This document shows positions 8,098 to 15,739 of a stretch of 23,057 nt of DNA, one piece after another. Source of the DNA: an uncultured archaeon (GTDB taxonomy: Archaea > Asgardarchaeota > Lokiarchaeia > Sigyniarchaeales > Promethearchaeaceae); assembly GCA_964426185.1 (NCBI GenBank), contig CAYRPF010000007.1:17650-40706 (forward strand). The letters run 5' to 3'. Each line of letters starts with the position of its first letter. Position 1 is the first letter of the stretch. The notes under the pieces were generated by a model, which worked only from the letters and a program-made list of their open reading frames with translations, ran no database searches and was not told the DNA's origin. Position numbers and translations under genes: made by a program.

Positions 8098-11000
8098 ATG
8101 AACGATCTTCATTTTATTCAAGAATATAAACCGATTGCGATTAATTTTAAGGATTTTTCTTCTAAACAAATTAATATCACATATAATTTTCCTCTGTTTT
8201 GCACCATCTCGAAAATGCTCCAAACAAATCAAGAAAAGGGTTTCACTTCTGTAATGATTGAGGATGTAAAAGGAGAACAAATGCTTGGATTTGTCTATCA
8301 ACAAGCTGCCGAAATATTAGCCCGATTATCGCCTTCATTATTTCCTTTAACGGTAATTGTATTCAAAGGGGTTTTTAAAACATTACCTTCTAAACAACGA
8401 TTTTTAGAAATTCATCATATAATTTTAGATAATTTTACGTTTATCAATTCCAGCGCAATTGGTGGCCATGAATACTGTGAAATTCAATCTTTTCTAGATT
8501 TATATTATGGTGTATCAAGTGAACCCAACGAATATTTGTTATGGGGAAATTTAATTCATGATTATTTAGCGGAACTATTTGGGGAATTAAATTCATGGAA
8601 AATGATAAAAAAAATATCCAAAATGTCAATATTGAGGGCATTTGAGATTGCATTGGCTCATAACTGGCAGTATCTGGCAGTTTTAGGGAAATCTGAGAAT
8701 GAAATTCGAGAAGAATTCTTGCAAAATTTTGCAGTCAATGAATGGGAATTTTTACAAACCCATTTTCAAGAATATCGAAAAAAATATAATTCTTTTGAAG
8801 TTTTTTGTGAAAAATTCGTGCAATCTCCTGTAATTGGATTGCAAGGACGCATTGATAGATTGATTTTAGACAATCAAAACCACCAATGCACTATTATTGA
8901 AACTAAAACTGGCCGAAGTAAACGATCTTCTCAGTTAATTGCCTATTATCAAGGTTTAACCTATGGGGTGATTTTGAATGATTTATTTAATTGGCGGATT
9001 TCCGAGATTTTAATTGAATATCCCCGTCATCCACCTTCAGAACGCTTTGCTTTTTATCCAGTTTGCCAAAAAAAAGCAGAAAGCAAGGATGTTAACAGAA
9101 ATAAAAAAGATGAGAATACTAAGGAAAATGACTTTTCACTCTATGAAACGCCTGATTTTTTGCGGATCATTCAAATTCGGAACAAAATTTGGAGTTTTTT
9201 GAATGGTTTAGCTCCAAAGAAAATTCCCGATACTCCTTGTGCCCAGTGTAATTCTAAATCTAAGTGTGTGAATTATCGTTGGCTGTTTCCTGAAAAATTT
9301 TATCCACAATCAACATCAGCCATCACTCCAGATAAAAATCCTAGTTTAACTAATTATATTAGGCAAGAAATTTTAGATGATTTAATTCGCCAAAATCTCA
9401 ATTTGGGTAATATTTCGCGCTCACTGAAGCAATGTTTGCGTTTTTATTTAGAATGGTTCTATTACTTTATCGATCAAGAATTTTTGATGCAAAAGCATAT
9501 CAGATTGGAAAGTTTTAATAATATTTCCATTCAAGAAGAAAAAGGGCTTGCAATAGGCGGATTAAAACTAAAACTTAATAATATCGGCAAATTTCCCACA
9601 GAAAGACAAGAAAATGAAAATGGTTCAGCGCAGTATATGTTTGAGATGTATTTCACCCACCAAATTGAATCTCAAAATTCTCGATTTCGTGCAGGAGATT
9701 ATGTAGTTATAACACCCGAAACTTTAAATAAATATAAAATTGGGGGTTTATCTGGCATTTTAGTGGAAATAACTGCTAATTCTTTGATTGTAAGCACTAT
9801 TGAATCGTTTACAAAATTTGGATCGAATTATAATGAACAAGTTTATCGCATTGATTTTTCTGTTTCCAATTATCACCTTTGGCAGTATAAAGGAGCAATT
9901 GACCAATTTCTACAAGCAGCACTTCAACCCGCTTATCCTCATCATTCTTTACTGAGAGATATCCTACTAAATCAGCAATTTCCTCGAAGTATTCCAAAGA
10001 AATTGGATCAAATTTACAAAAACTCCAAACTTAATCAATTATCAAATGAATCTTCTGATAGTAGATCTATCATATCTCTCAATGAGAGTCAAGAAGAAGC
10101 CGTAAAATGCGCTCTTCAAGCAAAACGGTTGGCTTTAATTCAAGGTCCTCCTGGTACTGGCAAAACGACAGTTATTGTTGAAATCATTCATCGGTATTTA
10201 TCTTCATTGACCTTGTCCAGTCAAGATTCACAATCACACAACTCGGGAATGTCGGGGACAACAGAAAAAAGAAGAAAAGGGACCTTAAACCGCTTCATTC
10301 AAACCAAAAATCGCTACGTTCCGCCAAGAATTCCCATCTTGTTGTGTGCTTATACTAATAAAGCGGTAGATACTGTAGTTGAAAAATTAGTGCAATCTTA
10401 TCCAAAAATCAAATGTATTCGGGTGGGAAATGTTCATAGTTCTAGCTCGACTGTGGTAAAAAGTTATAATTTGGAGGTTCTTTCAACCGTAAAGAAGAAA
10501 ATTCAAACCTCTTCGGGTGAAAAAGAACAGTTTACAGTAGATCCATTAAAAGTCCGAATGTTGCTGGAAAGTGCTGATGTTATCGCCACTACTACTATTA
10601 AGGCAGGAACGTTATTATTGCAACCCTATTCATTTGTATTGACAATTATTGATGAAGCGGGGCAAGTGGTGGAACCTGGTGTGTTAATTCCCTTATTGAA
10701 GGGGAAAAAGGGAATTTTAGTGGGTGATCATCAACAATTACCTCCTATTACACATTTTTCTCCCGATATAGAAGAGAAAAATCTTCAAATTTTGCAGAAT
10801 TCTTCTATTCGCGAAAAATTAAATTTTGATTGGAGCAACGGCATAAATAGAAGTCTTTTTGAGCGTCTTATCCCACAATTTAAGGGTACGAACAATTTCA
10901 GTTTATTGAAAATCCAATATCGCATGCATAAAACAATTTCTCAGTTTATTTCTCAAACTTTTTATCAAGGAGAATTAATTCCTGGTGAGATCGAGGGTCG

Positions 11001-11697
11001 AAATATTGGAGAAATTTCTTGGTTGGATATTTTTACCAAATACTATGAAAAATTTGATCTTGAAGAAATCAAAACCCGTCTTAAATCGCCTGTAAATCAA
11101 TTAATTTGGGCTTCGGAACAAAGCATGATCTTTTTAGATACTGCAGATCTTCAAGCATTTGACTCTTCAAAAATTAACTCGAAAAATATTGCTAGTTCAA
11201 AATTTAATACAACTGAAGTTAAGATAATAGCTTCTATAACTAAAGCTTTTCTCGATTTATTGCAAATATCAAACTTCTCGCAAGAAGTAATCCAAGAAAT
11301 TTTCAGCAATCTTGGAATTATATCGCCTTACCGGGCTCACAACGCAAAAATCATTAAAATGATTAAAAAAACAGAAATTTTCGAACATATATCGGTGGAT
11401 ACGGTAGACAGATTTCAAGGCAATGAAAAAGAGGTAATTATTTACAGTTTTGTGGATTCATGCCCTGAACATATTATCAGTTCCTTGACCGCTGATTATC
11501 GACGTTTAAATGTAGCCATCAGTCGAGCCCGCAGTAAGATTATTTTTATCGGCGATTCAACCACACTTACAACCATATCTACTGAAATTTCCCCACAAAC
11601 AGCAAAAATTAAATCAATTATCTCTCAATTAATAGTACATGTAAAAAAAAATGGCGGATATTGGTTAATGCAACCAAATGATTACTATTTAAATTAA
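8098..11697 (+). CDS. Dna2-like nuclease-helicase: Fe-S PD-(D/E)xK (Cas4/AddB-like) nuclease fused to an SF1B (Upf1/Dna2-type) helicase
   Basis: Nuclease: C at 8476, GNLIHDYL, EKFVQSPVIGLQGRID, IETKTG, QGLTY, CAQCNSKSKC. Helicase: LNESQEEAV, GPPGTGKT, AYTNKAVD, IIDEAGQ, LVGDHQQLPP, SLFERL, QYRMH, TVDRFQGNEKE, RRLNVAISRAR. Confidence 0.9.
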   Translation: MNDLHFIQEYKPIAINFKDFSSKQINITYNFPLFCTISKMLQTNQEKGFTSVMIEDVKGEQMLGFVYQQAAEILARLSPSLFPLTVIVFKGVFKTLPSKQRFLEIHHIILDNFTFINSSAIGGHEYCEIQSFLDLYYGVSSEPNEYLLWGNLIHDYLAELFGELNSWKMIKKISKMSILRAFEIALAHNWQYLAVLGKSENEIREEFLQNFAVNEWEFLQTHFQEYRKKYNSFEVFCEKFVQSPVIGLQGRIDRLILDNQNHQCTIIETKTGRSKRSSQLIAYYQGLTYGVILNDLFNWRISEILIEYPRHPPSERFAFYPVCQKKAESKDVNRNKKDENTKENDFSLYETPDFLRIIQIRNKIWSFLNGLAPKKIPDTPCAQCNSKSKCVNYRWLFPEKFYPQSTSAITPDKNPSLTNYIRQEILDDLIRQNLNLGNISRSLKQCLRFYLEWFYYFIDQEFLMQKHIRLESFNNISIQEEKGLAIGGLKLKLNNIGKFPTERQENENGSAQYMFEMYFTHQIESQNSRFRAGDYVVITPETLNKYKIGGLSGILVEITANSLIVSTIESFTKFGSNYNEQVYRIDFSVSNYHLWQYKGAIDQFLQAALQPAYPHHSLLRDILLNQQFPRSIPKKLDQIYKNSKLNQLSNESSDSRSIISLNESQEEAVKCALQAKRLALIQGPPGTGKTTVIVEIIHRYLSSLTLSSQDSQSHNSGMSGTTEKRRKGTLNRFIQTKNRYVPPRIPILLCAYTNKAVDTVVEKLVQSYPKIKCIRVGNVHSSSSTVVKSYNLEVLSTVKKKIQTSSGEKEQFTVDPLKVRMLLESADVIATTTIKAGTLLLQPYSFVLTIIDEAGQVVEPGVLIPLLKGKKGILVGDHQQLPPITHFSPDIEEKNLQILQNSSIREKLNFDWSNGINRSLFERLIPQFKGTNNFSLLKIQYRMHKTISQFISQTFYQGELIPGEIEGRNIGEISWLDIFTKYYEKFDLEEIKTRLKSPVNQLIWASEQSMIFLDTADLQAFDSSKINSKNIASSKFNTTEVKIIASITKAFLDLLQISNFSQEVIQEIFSNLGIISPYRAHNAKIIKMIKKTEIFEHISVDTVDRFQGNEKEVIIYSFVDSCPEHIISSLTADYRRLNVAISRARSKIIFIGDSTTLTTISTEISPQTAKIKSIISQLIVHVKKNGGYWLMQPNDYYLN

Positions 11698-11716
11698 AGG
11701 GAAAAGAATCGAAACT

Positions 11717-14005
11717 ATGAATATTTTAATTATATCAGAGAAAAATAAAGCAGCTCAAGCCATTGCAGAAGCACTAGGCAATACAAAAAAAATAAAAGTA
11801 AACAAAATTGTTTCTGTTTACGAAGTTTCATCTCAAAATATCTATGTTCTCCCTTTACGAGGTCATATTCAACAATATAAAAATACCCCTCCTTATGAAA
11901 AATGGACGGCAAAAGATCCTCGCGATATAATTACCGATCCACATGCAATCGCTAAAATTCCTAATGATTATGCTGGCGCCTACATCTCTGCCCTCAAGAT
12001 ATATGGAAAGAAGTGTGATACATGTATTGTAGGCACTGATGCTGACGTAGAAGGTTGTAATATCGGTTTGATGGATGCCGTTCCCTTTGTTAAAGCCCAA
12101 AATCCCAAAATTAAACTGCAGCAGTTGTGGCTCAATGATTTACAAAAAAAAACCATTCAACATGCTTTTCAGCAGCTAATTCCACCCAAATGGTCGTGGG
12201 CATATTCCGGCGAAGCCCGGGCTCAAATAGATGCAATTATTGGTTTTTCCGCCACTCGAGAAGTTTCCCTGACTTTGAAACCCGTTTTAAATTCCTTAAA
12301 TGTTAAATTTGCTTCTATAGGCCGTGTTCAAACATCTTTATTATATTTAATATATTTACGGGAAGATATCATCCGAAATTTCAAACCTATTCCTTTTTGG
12401 ACTATTTCAGCAGATCTTCAGATAGGAAACTCAATTCTTCGAGTGAACCATCAAGGAAACAATTTTAAGGATAAAAAAATCGCAGAAACTATCTACCAAA
12501 AAATCCAACATGAAAAGTCAGCCCAACTCGAGAAAATCCAAACGAATACGCGTGAGATTTCTCCCCCTCCACCTTTGAATACCTCTCGAGCTTTACAGTT
12601 GATTACAAAAAATTTAAAGATTAACGCTAAGCAAGCATTGCAGGTTTTAGAAGAGTTATATTTGAATAAAATGATTACCTACCCTCGCACCGATTCGGAT
12701 GTTTATTCGCCAAATTATGATCATAAATCTACCTTGCAAAAATTCTTAACACATTCTATTTACGGCAATTATACTGTAGATTTATTCAATAAAAAGCGCA
12801 TATCGCCGCGTCAAGGGCGTGTGAATGCTGGAGATCATTCTCCCATCAGTCCTTTAAAATCTTTGGAGCCGGGTGCAAAAGAATTTGAAAATTCCCGCCA
12901 AGAACGAGTATATAACTTAATTACACGATATTATTTGGCTCTTTTTGGCGAGAAGGCAAAGGAAGCCGACACACGGGTACTTTTCGATATTAAAAAAGAA
13001 AAATTCTTGGGACAGATCAAAATTCTATTATCCTCTGGATTTTATACTATTGCTCCTTTTCTTTCTCCAAAATATGCATGTTCTATGCCAGAATTGACCA
13101 AATTTGTGGATTCAAATCTCCCAAAACCGTCATTTCCGATTAAGAAATTAAATTTTAATGAAAAGGAAACCCAACCACCTCCTCGATATACCGATACATC
13201 TTTACTTCAATTAATGGAGCAAAAAAAGCTTGGAACCAAATCCACTCGCCCAGCCATGATTCAGATTCTAATCGATAGGCAATATATTCAACGGAAAGGT
13301 CGTTCTATATATCTGATGGATTTAGGATTTCTATTGATTGATGCTTTGAAGACCATTTGGACTCCTTTTCTCGATCCTTCTTTTACTGCAAAAGTAGAAA
13401 ACTTATTACAGCAAGTTCAAAACAATCAAATAAAATTCGATTTTGCAGTCAATACCATTAAGGCGGAATTTTTGCAACTTTTTGACCTGTTCCGAACTCA
13501 AAGATCCAAAATTCTTAGTAAAATGCAAGCCATTCAACAAACTGGAAACGTTATTCGGGGAAGAAATAACAAAATTATCTCTTCTAATGCTTCAAACAAA
13601 TTATCTGGTAAATCCCAAAGCAATTATCTTACTAATACAAATTCAAAGACAGGAAATTCAGCACCAGCACCACTCACCACAGCCATGTGTCCAAAATGCA
13701 AAAATATTCCCATGAAATTAGTAATCAGCCCACAAAAGAAGAAAAAATTTCTAGTATGCACCGATCCCAATTGCCAAACATACCTAAGTCTCCCACAAAA
13801 GGGAACACCTCGATTATTAAGGGCCACTTGCTCGATTTGCAATTTCAATATTGTAAAAATCAGCACTTCAAAAAATGGGCATAAATTCCACTATTATATT
13901 TGTCCTCTCTGCTGGAATCACGGATTAGCTCATCAAACGGGTGAAGGTTTCTGCAGCAGTTGCAAAGCCTATCATATCGTAAAAGGAAAATGTGTTAAAC
14001 GCTGA
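11717..14005 (+). CDS. topA: Type IA DNA topoisomerase (archaeal TopA/Top3-like) with a C-terminal multi-Zn-ribbon domain
   Basis: TOPRIM SEK...GHI...TDADVEG, SIGRVQT, catalytic ITYPRTDS (Tyr codon 12680), DHSPISP, TQPPPRY, LGTKSTR, and a C-terminus with 11 Cys. Confidence 0.93.
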   Translation: MNILIISEKNKAAQAIAEALGNTKKIKVNKIVSVYEVSSQNIYVLPLRGHIQQYKNTPPYEKWTAKDPRDIITDPHAIAKIPNDYAGAYISALKIYGKKCDTCIVGTDADVEGCNIGLMDAVPFVKAQNPKIKLQQLWLNDLQKKTIQHAFQQLIPPKWSWAYSGEARAQIDAIIGFSATREVSLTLKPVLNSLNVKFASIGRVQTSLLYLIYLREDIIRNFKPIPFWTISADLQIGNSILRVNHQGNNFKDKKIAETIYQKIQHEKSAQLEKIQTNTREISPPPPLNTSRALQLITKNLKINAKQALQVLEELYLNKMITYPRTDSDVYSPNYDHKSTLQKFLTHSIYGNYTVDLFNKKRISPRQGRVNAGDHSPISPLKSLEPGAKEFENSRQERVYNLITRYYLALFGEKAKEADTRVLFDIKKEKFLGQIKILLSSGFYTIAPFLSPKYACSMPELTKFVDSNLPKPSFPIKKLNFNEKETQPPPRYTDTSLLQLMEQKKLGTKSTRPAMIQILIDRQYIQRKGRSIYLMDLGFLLIDALKTIWTPFLDPSFTAKVENLLQQVQNNQIKFDFAVNTIKAEFLQLFDLFRTQRSKILSKMQAIQQTGNVIRGRNNKIISSNASNKLSGKSQSNYLTNTNSKTGNSAPAPLTTAMCPKCKNIPMKLVISPQKKKKFLVCTDPNCQTYLSLPQKGTPRLLRATCSICNFNIVKISTSKNGHKFHYYICPLCWNHGLAHQTGEGFCSSCKAYHIVKGKCVKR

Positions 14006-14048
14006 TTGTGGGTGTGGAAAGGTTTCTTTGATATTTGTTTGCACCGAA

Positions 14049-14110
14049 GATCCTAATAGGAAGCAAGTTCAAATTAATACTATAATTGATCCTAATAGGA
14101 AGTAAGTTCA
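14049..14110 (+). repeat. Two 23-bp direct repeats, each containing the palindrome TCCTA-A-TAGGA; putative tandem operator
   Basis: gatcctaataggaagcaagttca (14049-14071) and gatcctaataggaagtaagttca (14088-14110), one mismatch, separated by a 16-bp AT-rich spacer. Confidence 0.8.
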
Positions 14111-14919
14111 TGCCTCAACCAACAAAAGAAGAGCAAAAGAAAAATCCAAAAAAAAAAAAGAATTCGGAATTTAAAAAGAAATTAATCATTTTAGCCAAAT
14201 TCTTAACTCGTAGTCTAATGTTACGGGTGTTTATCTTGGTATTTTTCCTAAACTTGTTGCTGGGTGTAATTTACTCCATATTAGAAGGAATTCCATTTTA
14301 TTTAGGTATTTATTGGGCTACAGATACTCTTACAAACACGGGTTCTGGGCTTGTACCTCCATCTCAAACCCGTACATGGCTGTTAACCACTTTTTTTATG
14401 TGGATTGGTTTAGGCATCACATTATTGTTTGTTGAGTTTGTTTATGTACATATTTTTCAAAAACTAAAGGGGGACCGTGAAATAAAATTCTCGAATCATA
14501 TTATATTGATAGGTTGGAATCCAAAAGTTCGTCATTTCCTTAAAAACTTGCCTGGAGATTTAGGTGGAGATCATAATTACGTGTTAATTGCGGATATTAA
14601 AGATCGTCCGTTTGATTTACCTAAGGTGGTAGAATTTATTAGAGGAAATCCAGAAGAAGAGCGAATTTTGAAGCGTGCTGGAATTGAGCGCGCTCAGCAA
14701 GCGATGATTGTTGTAGAAGATGATGCAGAAGCGGTTTTAATTGCCATGACGATTCAAAGCTTGAATATTGATGTAAGAATCAGCGTAAATTTGCAGAATG
14801 AAGAAAATGTTAAACATCTTAAGAGATTAGGTATTGAAGAAATTGTTTGCGATGAGGAATTAACGGGAAATGCTTTAATCGAAGCGTTTTATAAAAATCA
14901 AGAAGATTATTTTTTGTAA
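14110..14919 (+). CDS. 2TM ion channel with C-terminal RCK/TrkA-N domain (MthK-like) and a non-canonical filter
   Basis: TM1, pore helix (IYWATDTLTNTGSGLVPP), TM2, then RCK: HIILIGW, FIRGNP, LKRAGIERA, AVLIAMTIQSLN, HLKRLGIEEIV. ATG at 14110 preferred over the TTG at 14086. Confidence 0.85.
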   Translation: MPQPTKEEQKKNPKKKKNSEFKKKLIILAKFLTRSLMLRVFILVFFLNLLLGVIYSILEGIPFYLGIYWATDTLTNTGSGLVPPSQTRTWLLTTFFMWIGLGITLLFVEFVYVHIFQKLKGDREIKFSNHIILIGWNPKVRHFLKNLPGDLGGDHNYVLIADIKDRPFDLPKVVEFIRGNPEEERILKRAGIERAQQAMIVVEDDAEAVLIAMTIQSLNIDVRISVNLQNEENVKHLKRLGIEEIVCDEELTGNALIEAFYKNQEDYFL

Positions 14920-14930
14920 TAAACGAAATC

Positions 14931-15659
14931 TCAGAAATTTTCAGTACCCAGCAAGAAAATTGTTTCAATTTGTTCTATAGGAAACATCATAAAATGTTCA
15001 TAAGAAATAAGAATATTTGATTCATGGTTATTATTTTCTATTTCTTCTTCAAATATGCCCTGATTCTCATGATTTTTCGACAGTGAATCATTCTGATTCT
15101 GATCACTACTTTCTTCTACTTTTTCTTTTAAATAAGGGATTCCCCCGATGATGATACAATCGTAGAAGACTAGATGCATATCTTCATCTCCCACCAAGCG
15201 ATCTCCAATAATAATTCCGTGATTTTTTAAAATGGCTACTGGACGGTGGAGTATTTCACCAGCTACAAAATCTAAATGATCAATGAGTTTAGAACCAGGG
15301 TTATGGTAAAGAACTGCGGTATGTAATAGACGGACAATATTTGGATAAATCGCTGAAAAGCGCGCACTGTCAAATTCTTTGATAATTTCGGGAGTTAAAC
15401 GAACAATATAAATAATATCATTGAATGAATTGAGATGTAATTTCTGTTCAGTAGAAAAGGCTCTGCCTTGGCGTAACCCTACGGCCAAACCTGAAATATC
15501 CAGAAAAAATTCGTTAATCACCACATGGTCGGAGAAAATCATCTTAACAACTTGATTCTGCAATTTTATGATAATTCCCCCTGTATATTCTCCTGGATGT
15601 AGTACATTAGCATATTTATCGTAAATAATAATAGGATCGGGGTTTTCTTCTGTTTCCAT
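14931..15659 (-). CDS. Hypothetical protein, beta-rich, possibly with Sm/LSm-like domain(s)
   Basis: Long ORF filling the gap between two + strand genes. Start is ATG 15659 or GTG 15677. The fold suggestion is a weak motif resemblance only. Confidence 0.65.
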   Translation of the reverse strand: METEENPDPIIIYDKYANVLHPGEYTGGIIIKLQNQVVKMIFSDHVVINEFFLDISGLAVGLRQGRAFSTEQKLHLNSFNDIIYIVRLTPEIIKEFDSARFSAIYPNIVRLLHTAVLYHNPGSKLIDHLDFVAGEILHRPVAILKNHGIIIGDRLVGDEDMHLVFYDCIIIGGIPYLKEKVEESSDQNQNDSLSKNHENQGIFEEEIENNNHESNILISYEHFMMFPIEQIETIFLLGTENF

Positions 15660-15739
15660 GGTGTGATTTTCTCCCACTCTAATTGTTTTAAATTAATCAA
15701 CACCTATATATTTTTAGCGCTTGGGTGTATGATTTACTT

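Noticed and set aside
8440-9270. Cas4 / CRISPR adaptation gene
   Set aside because: The Cas4-like nuclease is fused to an SF1B helicase in Dna2 order; no cas1/cas2 or array in the window.
14003-14056. Selenocysteine readthrough of the topA TGA (also considered for the TGA stops at 14931 and 23050)
   Set aside because: The proteins appear complete at the TGA, the topA readthrough is short and motif-free, and no SECIS-like hairpin was recognised.
14049-14110. Mini CRISPR array
   Set aside because: Only two repeats, a 16-bp spacer that is too short, and no cas genes.
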